Below, in pieces: positions 36,424 through 49,987 of a DNA stretch of 64,000 bases (the stretch's first letter is position 1; the number at the start of each line of letters is the position of its first letter). The DNA is from Octopus sinensis. Lineage: Eukaryota. Position numbers and translations under genes: made by a program. Location: assembly GCF_006345805.1 (NCBI RefSeq), contig NC_043023.1:17918001-17982000 (forward strand), in the 5' to 3' direction. Under the pieces are notes generated by a model. The model was given only the letters and a program-made list of their open reading frames with translations, made no database searches and had not been told where the DNA came from.

Positions 36424-37857
36424 CTGGAACATAAAATTGAGAAGAAAAGAAATTTAAGTAACCGATTTGACAGAATGTTAAAGAGAATGGCAAATCAATT
36501 CGATGATAGAAGAGATGGAAATCAGATTACGAACGTGAGGAGCTGGTAATGACGGTGATGATAATGTTAGTGAGGTGGTATTGATAATAATGAGTCAGGG
36601 AAGAAAATTTGGTGGTAGTGACGATGAGGAAATTATGATGTTGATGATGGGGGTAACGGTGTTGATGTTAATTATTCTAATATTCATGGTGATTGGTGTG
36701 TTTCTTCTTCTGATGAGGATGATGTCTGCGGTGGTGTTTCTCTTGGCGATGATGAAGATGATGTTGAAGCTTGTTAATAGTGGTGGCGATGAAGATGATA
36801 GTGTTGAAGGTCCTGGATCTGATAGGAGTAATTTGCGAAAATAAATGATATTGATGATGATAAGGGCAATGATGAATTCGGCGATGGCTATTACTGAGGA
36901 GGAAGTGGAAGAGGAAGAAATGAAGGAGATGGTGGGCAGGGAAGTCAGATATGAATATAAAGATGAAACAAAGGAGATGAAAATATTATGAGACTTCATA
37001 ACAAGGATCTTATGATGCAGATGATGGGGAGATGATGTTCATTTTCATTCTTATGATAACGATGCGGATTCGCAGCTTTTGTTGTGATGATGGATATGTC
37101 TAGAAGAATAAGAATAAGTACGAGAAGACAAGGAAGGGCAGGAGGAAGAATAATAACAAAATTCTAATTCGAACGATAGCTGAAGAAGAAGAAGAAGAAG
37201 AAGAAGGAGAAGAAGAAGAAGAAAGAAGAAGAAGGAGAAGAAGTAGAAGAAGATGAAGAAGGAGAAGAAGAAGGAGAAGAAGAAGACAAAGGAGAAGAAA
37301 GAACAAGGAGAAAAGTAAAAAAGAAGAAAAAAAGGAGAAGAAGAAGCAGAAGAAAAAAGAAGGAGGAGGAGAAGAAGAAGTGGAAGGAGAAGAAAAGGAA
37401 GAAGAAAGAAGAAGAAGAAGAAGAAGAAGAAGAAGAAGAAGAAGAGAAAAGAAGAAGGAGAAGAAGAAGGAGAAAAAAGGAGAAGAAGGAGAAGAAGAAG
37501 AAGAAAGAAAGAAGAAGAAGAAGAAAAAGAAGAAGAAGAAGAAGAACAACAACAACACACGCAACAAGTAGGAGATGTGTTCAGAAAAGTGCGTATGAAA
37601 CCTCTGGTGCTAAATACACAAACTGAAGTGTTATTCAAGGCAGTTACTCAGCATCGATCTAAAGGTAAACGCCGTACACATTATACACACATGCTAATAT
37701 AATATTATACACACATGATAACAAACTCGTCCTTAGACAGAGACACGTACATGCAATTGATGTTCTCCTTAATTACCACAATCTCATATATCTCCTATCT
37801 TAAAAGTGGACCCAGACTCACATTCACAAACATCCAAAAACAATAAAATGCAATTTG

Positions 37858-38168
37858 GTTCCAGAAAGGTCTAGATCTAGAGATCAGTGCAGTCTTTGCG
37901 GACCCAGACGGCATTCTCGTCGTCCTTGTGAATGGTACTGATGGTGATGCTTTCAGACTGGTCGCTGTCTATGCACCAACAAATGTTGGACAGTCAGATT
38001 ATTTCAGGCGTCCGGAAGCTTCTTTGGGAATGTTGCGTAGTTTAGTATTAGTAGGCGATTTCAACAGAGTCCTAAGATGCACGAATGGATTGTGAGCGGT
38101 CAAATGATAGAAGTGGAAACAAATGCCTCACAAACCTGCTCAGACGTTTCCAGCTGTCTGACAGGTAT
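37858..38168 (+). mobile_element. Tx1 APE-domain fragment
   Basis: Translates KGLDLEISAVFADPDG...AFRLVAVYAPT...LVLVGDFN, homologous to copy A ORF2. Confidence 0.8.
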
Positions 38169-38615
38169 CGCGCTCTCTTCAGAGTTACTGACTCACCCCC
38201 TACCCCAGGTGACGCGCTCCTAGATTAAGAACCACTGATCTCGAGGTAAACAACGTACATGAGATAGACACTGAATTACACACTAATTTTTATACACTCC
38301 CATTCACTCATCCATACACTGAGACAGGTATTTATATATAAACACAAGTATGCATTAACTATGCCTCCTCAAGTGTCACACTGATATATATATATACCAA
38401 CTGTCAGAAATGCTACCACACTCACTGTAACAATCATTCGCATATATCCCCTACCTTAAAAGTGAACCCAGACTCACATTCATAAACATCCAAAAACAAT
38501 AAAATGCATGTATAGAGAGACGGATGTAGACCTTAAATTGAAGTATGGAAAGACATTACGCAATTAGGAAGAAATCTTCAGTGAAATAGTATAAAAGAAG
38601 ATTGATTCAACTTAC

Positions 38616-38687
38616 AGATTTTTTAAACTGGAGAGATTTTGGAATGTTGTTTCGTTGATTGCTTGGATATCGTTATCACTCAAATCC
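38616..38687 (-). CDS. 72-bp LRR exon (x-DLSDNDIQAINETTFQNLSSLKN-L), phase 2/2
   Basis: tattcaccag / gtaagttgaatc boundaries, 72 bp. Confidence 0.88.
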
Positions 38688-40192
38688 CTGGTGAATAAAA
38701 TTAAGTCAAGAAGAACATTTATGGTAAGAAAAAGAAAAAGATGATGGAGAAGAAGTAGATATGATGATGATGATGAAGAAGAAGAAGAAGAAGAAGAAGA
38801 AGAAGAAAAAGGAGAAGGAGAAGAAGAAAAAGAAGAACGAGAAGAGGAAAAAGAATTAGGAGAAGAAAAATAGAACAACAACAAGAAGAAGAATAACAAG
38901 AAGAAGACGAAAATGAAGAACAGGGTGGAGGAGAAGGAGGACGAGGATAGGAGTCAGTACAAAAAGAAAAAGTGAATAAGTACAAGAAGTAGACGAAGAA
39001 GACAAAGAAGAAGAAGAAGAAGAAGAAGAAGAAGAAGAAGAAGAAGAAGGAAAATAATAATAATAAGAAGAAGAAGAAGAAGGAGAAGAGGGAAGAAGCA
39101 CAAGAAGAAGAAGATGGAGACGAAGAAGAAGAATACGAAGAAGGGGAACAATGCAACAAGTAGAAGATATATTTAGAAAATTGCGTATGAAACATCTGGT
39201 GCGAAATACAGAAATTGAAATGTTATTCAAGGCAGTTACTCGGTAACTAAATCTAAAGGTAAACTCCGTACATATTATACACACATGATAACACACTCGT
39301 CCATAAACAGATGATGTTGAAGAAGAAAGTCAACATGGAGAACAACACAAAAACAATTACAGGATCAGGAAATGAAAAGTGAAAACTGAAAGATGTTACG
39401 AAGAAAAAGAAGAAGAAAAGCAGAGGAAGAAGTATTGCAATAAATTAAGAAGTAGAACTAGGAGATAAGGAAGATGTTAAAGGAGATGAAGGAGAAGAAA
39501 AAGAAGGAGAAGAAGAGCAACAAGTAGGAGATACTTCCAGAGAGGGGAAACAAATACTAGTTGAGCGAAGTCCCTAAATGGAAAAAATGCATGAAGGACA
39601 CCATCCAAGCACCTCCCCACAACACATACACACAACTATCTACTATAATACCAACATTATCAACACCACCAATACCGCTGCCAGCACCACCCGCACCACA
39701 CACCATACAAATATCCCCTTCGAAATCACCTTCGTAAATTTCCCTGCAATCCACATATTGAACCCCTAATGAAATACATACATAAAACTACCAATATGTG
39801 TTACTATATATGCTACCATATATGTATGCAAAAATAAGTTTCCACTAACATTTTCCCATCAATTGCTACACACTCATAAATCCGAAAACTCATAGATATG
39901 TCCTCACTCATATTCACAAACGTTGGCAAACAATACCTCGCCCTTTGGACAGACAATGGTTGTAGACATACACAGAAACATACACATTCATTCACTAAAT
40001 TGTTCCCCGCAAGTATCACTCAGTCATATGTACCATATTAAGGAAACGGGCCCACACTCACAGATTTATATACATGATAACACATCTTTGGAAAGACGGG
40101 TGAGGTTGCTTAAAATGAAGTATTGGAAGACATTACATTTATAGAAATATATCGTCAATGTCATAATAAAAATAAACACTGATTCAACTTAC

Positions 40193-40264
40193 AGACTTGT
40201 TAAACGGAACAGATTTCGGAAGGTGTCTGGTTTGAGTTCTTTGATATCATTAGAACTCAAAGAT
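40193..40264 (-). CDS. 72-bp LRR exon (x-SLSSNDIKELKPDTFRNLFRLTS-L), phase 2/2
   Basis: tatgttccag / gtaagttgaatc boundaries, 72 bp. Confidence 0.88.
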
Positions 40265-40711
40265 CTGGAACATAAAATTCACTTAAGAAGGAATTGTATA
40301 GAACATTTTGGCTAAAAAATAAGATATCGGAAGTTATGTAAAGTAGAACACGATGATAATTAGTTTCATGATGATGATGGTGATGATAATATTGATAATG
40401 CTGCTGTTGATGATGATGATAATGATGATGATGATGATGATGATAATGATAAAGATGAAGGGGAAGTTGAGGAGGATAAAGGTGGCGGTAGAACTGGTGG
40501 AAGATGTGATGGTCCTAGCAATGAATAAGATTATGAGGCAGAGAAGATGAATATTTGGTCGAAGTTTAGATGACGAAGATGATATGATGTTGAGGAGGCA
40601 ATGGAGGAGATGAAATAGAGAGGAAAAGAAGAATAAATTCGAAGCGGAAGGAAGAGACGAATAATTTTCAGAAGATGATGAAGAACAAGAATAATAATAA
40701 TATGAATAACT

Positions 40712-42046
<1,335 letters not shown>

Positions 42047-42475
42047 TAATAATAATAATGATATGTTGATGATGACGAAGATTGTGAAGAAGAAATAGTA
42101 GATGAAGAACTAGAAGAAAAGAAGAGATTTCGTAGAATGCAAACGTCCCAATAAATTATAAAACAAAGTAGAGTTGAAGGAAGGAGACTACGAGAAATTA
42201 CAAGAAGAATAGGAAAAACTGAACGAAGAAGAAGAAGCAGAGGGAATAAGAGCGAAGGTAATAACTATGAAATGAAGAGAAAGAAATAAAACGATTGAGA
42301 AGATTACGAAGAATGGAAGAAGAACAGGAACGGGAAGATGGAAGGAAATAACACATATTACGAAAGAAAAGAAGAAGAACAAACTACCACGAAATAGGAG
42401 TAGAGAAAGAGGAGAGGATGAAGTAGAAGAAGAAAACGAAGAAGATGCTGCTGCTGCTTATGATGATGATAATGT

Positions 42476-42516
<41 letters not shown>

Positions 42517-42532
42517 GTGATGGTGATGGTGG

Positions 42533-42567
<35 letters not shown>

Positions 42568-43019
42568 ATGTTGATGATGATTACGATGATGATGTAGAAA
42601 AGAAAAATGATAAAAGTTACAATTCTAAAATATATTCATATCCATATCGTACTTTTAAATGTGCAATTAGAAGTGAGAGTCGTGGATGGTAATCAGCGTT
42701 GATCTAGAGATAAAAAGAGTAATGTTATACAGCGAGAAATAGGAACAGATACACTCTTATAGGTTCACTCATACAAAAGGACTCATATATGTAGACATGT
42801 ATATATGTATATATAGTTGGAATTTACAAAAAAGCAGAAGACGAAGAAAGATGTGTAAACAACAAGAAGGTGTATAAATTTAACGCTCGGGGAGGTGAGA
42901 AAATCTTTTACATTTCGCGCCCATGCTCATCAACAGAAATGAACACGATAAAATAAGCAAAGAGAGAACAAAAATGCTTCAGTGACTAGCGGTCAATCAT
43001 GTGGATATGTATAAATATA

Positions 43020-44752
43020 TCTATATATTTAAAACTGAGAATGTGTGTCTGTCTGTCTGTCTGTCTGTGTGTTTTCCTAAAACTTGAGAACTACACAAGC
43101 AATTTCATTCAAATTTACACATGCCTTACTTAGGATCCGGGGTGTGTCATCAGCAAAAAATTTTAACTTCTTGCCGAGGGCGAGCCCACAGCAATATCAT
43201 ATCTTCTCCATTATGATTCCCTAAAACTTGAGAACTATACAACCAATTTCATTCAGATATTACACATGCCTTACTTAGGGTCCATGTAGTTTCATGGCAA
43301 AAAGAATGTTTAACTTCCTGCATAGGGCGAGCTGATAGCAATATCATATCTTCTCCGCTATTTCAGTATTACGTGTTAAAAGTGAAACAAAAACATCTCT
43401 CTATTTTCTGTCAAATACTTTCACTTTAACAATAAAAATTAGAGATATTAATAACAATTGAAATATATGTAGTAAGTAATAATTAAAATCAAACTAAAGT
43501 ATTATATATGAATTAAATCGTAATATAGCAAAAGTAAAAATTGCAATTGGTATAAAATTGCATCAATCACTTGAACTGGAATAAGTGGTTTCACATGAAA
43601 GGGAATAAATTAAAAGTAAAATTAGTGCGCAGGAATAGAATAGTCCAGATGGAGCTGTGTACATACCTTTTACCATAGCTTTTACATTAGATTATCTGCT
43701 AATTAGCTAGCATTAAGTATCTATTTGAAATTTGGCTGTATGTAATGTCTGTTTTCTCGAACAGCCACTTCTACCGAGTACTGCTGTTGGTTTATTTCTT
43801 ATACATAAAGGACTATAGCTTCAAGTGCGTACAGCTTTTTGATTCACCGCAAGTTTTGTTGTTATCATTATTACTGTTTAACTATTGTTATCATGTTTGT
43901 TGGTTCCTCGAAAATGAAATGTTTTGGCGTTGCATTTGTTAAATAATTGTAAAACGTAACCCTCCCCATTTGGGGGAAGGAGCTTTGGTTATTGTTTAAA
44001 AATTTAATTGTGTCCCTGTTTGGGAACACGATTCAATTTTGGCAATATTTTCACCGTTTACACGGAAGCATTTTTGTTGAAATACCTTCGATAGAAGAAA
44101 GTCCAAAAATGAATTTCGCTGCAGCCGTCGGCGGGCGGGAGCTCATTAAAATTTAAATGGAAGAAATACAAACCTATTTCGGATTGATCAACGACAAAGA
44201 CGGCGAAATAAATTATAAAATTAAAGAAAAGATTATATTCTATAAAGTATGCAATGTAGAGAAAAAAAAGTTGAAAACCTGGAGGAAAGCACCATCCAAA
44301 AGTGTCTTGGTGCGACTATGAAATATATGAAGTATCTAACCAGAGGCGGTAAAATCACCACAATAGAAGCAAGGTTCGATCAACGAAACGTGCAAGGGAG
44401 TACTCGATCCGAACCTTGCAAAGTGGAAATATTTTATTTTTACCTTTCCGGATAAAAATTTAATATGTTCCCCCAGAAGTAGAGGTAGGCTGGATTGTAG
44501 CCAGACTTCTAAACAAGAGGGAGGACAAGATACAATTGATCGAAATTGCAAGAGACGGGCCTTCAATTCCAGTCTGTTATATATTTTGAGTATTGTTATC
44601 ACTAGCGATATCAAGATATAACTTTGTATTTTGTATTTTATGTGTAGATGTATATATATATATATAGATGTACATGTAATATGTACACATATATATACAC
44701 ATATATACATGCACTAGCACTATGACCCGGAAACTCCGGGTCATAATGCTAG
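43020..44752 (+). mobile_element. Non-autonomous Helitron (~1.7 kb) with internal ~145-bp tandem repeat
   Basis: A|TC start, perfect 10-bp hairpin TATGACCCGG/CCGGGTCATA (44721-44745), CTAG|T end. Confidence 0.8.
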
Positions 44753-44766
44753 TATATATATACATA

Positions 44767-44816
<50 letters not shown>

Positions 44817-45317
44817 GTGTGTGTATGTAGGTATAGAGTTATATATATAAACTAATAAAGGATAATATGTTTTAAAAGCAATTTTCTGTGGCCAGTATAT
44901 TAATATTGACTGATTACGGTGAAATCAAATATATGATTATTATCAAAGGCATAGATATAATTGTTTTAGCCTATATGCTGAAATAGACGCTAAATCGTCA
45001 CACCCCTTGAAAAATCACAAAGAAACACGCGCTGAAACTCAGAGAGCGAACGGAAATTTATAACAAATTAGGAAAACCTAGATTAGCTAATTTCTGATTC
45101 TACCCCATGGCTTTAACTCAGCAGCACAGCTTACATACAGAAATAATTTAGATATTTATCCATACCTACAGGAAATGAGACGCACATGTATCATTGGGAT
45201 TTTTATGTGGTCAAACTATTTAGCGTCTATTTTCAGCAAATACACTAGAAGTCTTATCTTTAGTTATAATTACCATTTATATGTGTATAATCTTAATGTA
45301 ATTGTGTGTGTGTATAA

Positions 45318-45348
<31 letters not shown>

Positions 45349-45396
45349 TATGTATATACGTATATATATCTATATCTGTGTCTATATATCTATCTA

Positions 45397-45432
<36 letters not shown>

Positions 45433-45572
45433 TATATAAATCTCATTTTTCTATCGAAAAATGTGCGAATATTGAGGAAGGCATGGTCGGAACGTGACAT
45501 AAAATGGGAATATTTTAAACGTTTAGTAGTATATTGTCAGTAAAATATTATCAAAATGAATTCGTAACTTAC

Positions 45573-45644
45573 AGATATGTTAACCTGGTCAGATCATCGA
45601 ATGTCCCTATTTCAATTTTGTCGATATTATTTCCATTCAAGTAT
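45573..45644 (-). CDS. 72-bp LRR exon (x-YLNGNNIDKIEIGTFDDLTRLTY-L), phase 2/2
   Basis: tattttacag / gtaagttacg boundaries, 72 bp. Confidence 0.88.
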
Positions 45645-45847
45645 CTGTAAAATAAAAGTTTGGCTGATAAGCTAACGTAGGGATGAGTATTATTGTAAAA
45701 TATTTTTATCCACGAAATGTCTGTAAGATACAATTTTAGATATAAATATATATATATATACGCCCCGGGCGCCCCGTATGGATACATATATGTTGTAAAT
45801 ATTTTCTGTGTGTCACAGAAAGTGAGAATGCAACCATATTCTGGGAT

Positions 45848-46273
45848 ATGTCAATACACACAGACAGAGAAATTAAGAGAAATTAAGACCAATAGGCTGG
45901 ATATGTCTGTCAGAAATCATCAAGAAACAATCTTTTCTAATCGATGTATCAATGCCAACAAATGACAATGCTTCTCGAAAAGAAACGGAGAAACTTTCAA
46001 AATACAAAGACCTGGAAATAAAGGTAACTCGGATGTTGAGTCTAAAAACAGAAACAATTCCTCTCATAGTCGGCGCATTAGGTATGATAAAAAAATATTC
46101 AGACAAGTACATAACAGATACACTAGGACTGACAAGTAAACAAACCATACAGAAAATAGCACCACTTGGCAACGCGCGCATCCTACGTAAAACACTTTCA
46201 ATACAATAACAATGAGAGCATCACAACAACCACAGCTCATACCCAAGGCACACGGAGCTACTCTCAGTAGTGC
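45848..46273 (+). mobile_element. R4/Dong-like 3' fragment (same family as 40849-41972)
   Basis: ORF 45952-46209 KETEKLSKYKDLEI...RKTLSIQ*. Confidence 0.85.
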
Positions 46274-46473
46274 AGTGATAAGCATTCAGCGTGACCTAGG
46301 AATTGGGAGATTCCTGTCGGGACATGCCCTCGACAGAAATTCGGATATAAATAGAAGTGCGCGACTGTATACGTCATTCGATAGGAGACCGCCGTACTGC
46401 AATGACCGACCGCTCGTCCAAGAAAGGAAATAAACAACAACAACAATTAATTAATAATAATAATAATAATATA

Positions 46474-46585
<112 letters not shown>

Positions 46586-46589
46586 TATA

Positions 46590-47723
46590 AATCGAAAGTA
46601 AATGTTCCGAATAAGATTGAAGCTATCAACCCCTGGACGGTTTCTCTCCTTAGATATGGAGCTGGGTTAATCACATGGACACTAGACAATCTAAATAGTT
46701 TAGACAGAAAGACAAGGAAGTTGCTAACGAGATATTGGGCACTCTACCCAAAAAATTGACGCAGACAGACTATGTACCAAGAAAAAGAAGAGGAAGCACA
46801 CTTAGTGAATGCTAACACAGCTTTAGAGCAGAAGAAAACAATATATCATGGTATGTAAAAAATTCCACAGGACCGCTATTATTAGAAGTAGGAATGTCAG
46901 GCTTGTGTAGGATGAAAGATTACAAAGATAAAGCACTATACAAGAAATTGAAAACGAATGAAACTGAAAATAGGTGGGTAAAGAAATGAATGCATGGTGA
47001 ATTTCATAGGGATGTTGAAGATAAGTGATTTGAAACCGGAAATGGAAACTATAATCTGTGCTGCCCAAGAGCAAGCACTAAGAACAAACTGCATAAGATA
47101 CAGAATTGATAACACAGCAGAAAGTAATAAGTGCAGAATATGTGGACAAAACGGTGAAGCCGTATGGCATATTACTGGCCAATGTATGTCACTAGCGCAG
47201 AAGGAATATGAGACGCCATGCCAATATAGCAAAGCTTTTTCATTGGACACTTTGCAACAAGGTATCTTCGAAAATAGAAATGCAAAGATCATATGGGATT
47301 TTATGATTCAGTGCGACTATGAGATAGAGAATAGGAAGTTGGACATAGTCTTAATTGAGAATGTAATCAAACTATGCTAGATCATAGATATAGCATGTCC
47401 AGCTGACAAGATATGCGATAAGGAAGAAAGAATAGCCGAGAGATATGACAGGTTAGCTTGGGAAGTTAAGCAGTTGCGGATGATGAAAGAGGTGGTAGTA
47501 GTACCAATAATTGTCGAAGCTCTGGAACAGTGAGCAAAAATGTCGAGAAGTACGTGAAACAAATAGGGGCTGCAATAAGGGTGGAACACTTGAAAAAGCA
47601 GCACTACTTGGAACCGCTCGAATACTCCTGAAGTTGGTTGAAAAATAAAAGGTGTTACCTTAGTTCACTGGTAGTGAACAACTGACACTAGTACATCTCC
47701 AGCGTTAGAAGCTGTGCAAAGGC
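46590..47723 (+). mobile_element. Second R4/Dong-like family, 3' part, flanked by (AAT)n
   Basis: AAQEQALRTN...CRICGQNGEAVWHI..C, IIWDF, LDIVL, ALLGTAR. Confidence 0.82.
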
Positions 47724-47749
47724 AATAATAATAATAATGTTTTGTTTAT

Positions 47750-48000
47750 CATCCTTAAATAAACCTTATTCAGTGACCTTTTGATGGGATGGGCTACTCA
47801 ACATGAAGAAAATTCTAACCTGACCCCCACCTGCAAAGTCATGCGCTGCTTCTCTTCTCATGAGATCACCGTGACGCACAGATACCGTTGTGATGCATAT
47901 GCCTGGTGTACCCTTATCAGACTGGTAGGCATGAGGAGTACATTGGGCTTCGTGTATTTGCACCCCAGTGTCATTTTGATGGCATGCACTGCTCTCTCAA
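47750..48000 (-). mobile_element. Probable SINE/LINE-tail interspersed repeat fragment
   Basis: Higher-complexity non-coding segment between (AAT)n tracts that resembles a common cephalopod repeat. Recognised from memory, not searched. Confidence 0.4.
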
Positions 48001-48102
48001 ACAGTAATAATGATAATGATGATAATAATAATAATAATAATAATAGTAATCATAAAAATAATAATAATAATAACAACAATAATTATCAATATTATTATTA
48101 TC

Positions 48103-48171
<69 letters not shown>

Positions 48172-48194
48172 ATTATTATTATTATTATTATTCT

Positions 48195-48735
48195 ATGTTT
48201 GACTTTTGCTTTATATTTGTACAAGTTGGCTCCAAGTCTCACCCAGAGACCTTAAGAGACAACAGGTTGGAAGTTCATGTTGTTGTTATGCCTACTGTGC
48301 CATATATTTTTATTTTTGGTGTTGTTCTAGTGAGTGTCCAATAAAAAAACAAAATTATGTTTGTTTTAAACCCTGAGATTACATAGAAAGTATTTTGCGT
48401 AGGATATGAGGAGTTCCCATGAGCACTATCTTTTGAGTTTCTGCCATTTTTGGGTTTCCTGGTATCTGAGTTAGGTAGCAATCAGCCCCTTTCGCTATCA
48501 TTCCCAGGGCACCCATGACAACAGGTATTGTTTTAGTTTTCAGGTTCCACATTTTACTGATTTCTATTTCAAGATCTTTATATTTTCTCAGTTTTTGGTA
48601 GGTCTTGACAGATACCTACCATTATATCGATTGGGACAGTCATATCAATGAGGAGGCATGTTCTTTGTCTGATTCTTTCAATATGATGTCTGGCCTATTT
48701 GCAACTAACTTTCTGTCAGTTTCAATGGTTTGAAT
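48195..48735 (-). mobile_element. R4/Dong-like 3' fragment in (ATT)n
   Basis: The - strand reads QTIETDRKLVANRPDII... (RLE domain). Long (ATT)n on both sides. Confidence 0.72.
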
Positions 48736-48882
48736 TATTATTACTAATATTATTATTATTATTATATTATTATTATTATCATTATTACTATTATTATTAT
48801 TAATATTATTATTGTTATTATTATTATTATTATATTATTATTATCATTGTTATTATTATTGTTATTATTATTGTTATTATTA

Positions 48883-48913
<31 letters not shown>

Positions 48914-48919
48914 GCTATT

Positions 48920-48952
<33 letters not shown>

Positions 48953-49108
48953 CATCATCATAATAATTTCTTTTATTTGTCACCAGAGTGAAGGATGAAG
49001 GGGACAATACAAAGACAGACATAAAGTGTGGAGGTTTACAGAAAATGGATTGAGAAAATGAAAAGTATACACGGTATGCATTAGAAGAAAGGAAATATAC
49101 ATAGTATG

Positions 49109-49208
49109 NNNNNNNNNNNNNNNNNNNNNNNNNNNNNNNNNNNNNNNNNNNNNNNNNNNNNNNNNNNNNNNNNNNNNNNNNNNNNNNNNNNNNNNNNNNN
49201 NNNNNNNN
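49109..49208. other. Assembly gap (100 N)
   Basis: Seen directly. Confidence 1.
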
Positions 49209-49276
49209 TTCGATAGAATTGCGAGGCTTTGGGGAAAGACTGTAATTATATGTGTTAGTGAATGGTTAATATATAT

Positions 49277-49348
<72 letters not shown>

Positions 49349-49466
49349 TTTATATATATATATATATAACGGGAAGCTTTATGAAAATAAACAAAAGACG
49401 AAGGCAAGTGGAAAACAAACGAACAAGTGTATTAGGATGGCGCTCAGGAAATATAAATAAAACAAG

Positions 49467-49504
49467 TCTTTAACGTTTCGAGCCTACGCTCTTCAACAGA
49501 AAGA
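49467..49504 (-). ncRNA. Non-canonical minimal hammerhead-like motif in PLE pLTR
   Basis: TCTTT-CTGTTGA-A-GAGC(GTAG)GCTC-GAAAC-GTT-AAAGA. Related copy at 42904-42939. Confidence 0.5.
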
Positions 49505-49987
49505 TACACAGAGAGAGAAAAACACAGAAAGAAGGAGAGAAAAAAATGCGTGCAGTAGCTAACGAATCAACATGGCGATCTGATTTCGGCCAGAGGTCAA
49601 AGATCAAACATGAGACGCGAGAGCGAAATAAGGGGAGATAATAGGGTTGATAAAGGGGTTGAGCGACCAGCTAAAAGTGCGTTGGAGGGGTCTGGATGTG
49701 TGTATGTATAGGGTTGGTGTATGTATTAGTATGTATAAGGGTGTGTGTGTGTGTGTGTGTGTGTGTATGAGAGAGTATTAGTGCGTAAGATTGGTCTGGA
49801 CGTGCGTATGCATGGGGTTGGTGTATGTATTAGTATGTATTAGTATGTATTAGTACGTATTGGTATGTATAGGTGTGTGTGTGTGTGAGAGAGTATAAGT
49901 GCGTATGCGGGGTCTGGACGTGTGTATGTATAGGGTTGGTGTAAGTATTAGTATGTACTAGTATGTATTTGTACGTATTAGTATGTA

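Noticed and set aside
30476-39296. Long ORFs of poly-S/L/F/M/K (e.g. 31826-32527, 37051-37638, 38719-39195, 30476-30883)
   Set aside because: They are translations of (AAG)n and (GAT)n tracts that lack stops by composition. No domain signal.
45135-45165. 31-bp segment with good AG/GT boundaries on the - strand between LRR exons
   Set aside because: In the phase-2 frame it reads G-TAT-GGA-TAA (stop), and its length would shift the frame.
47781-48344. 187-aa ORF with poly-N/poly-Y and overlapping poly-I ORFs
   Set aside because: (AAT)n microsatellite read-through.
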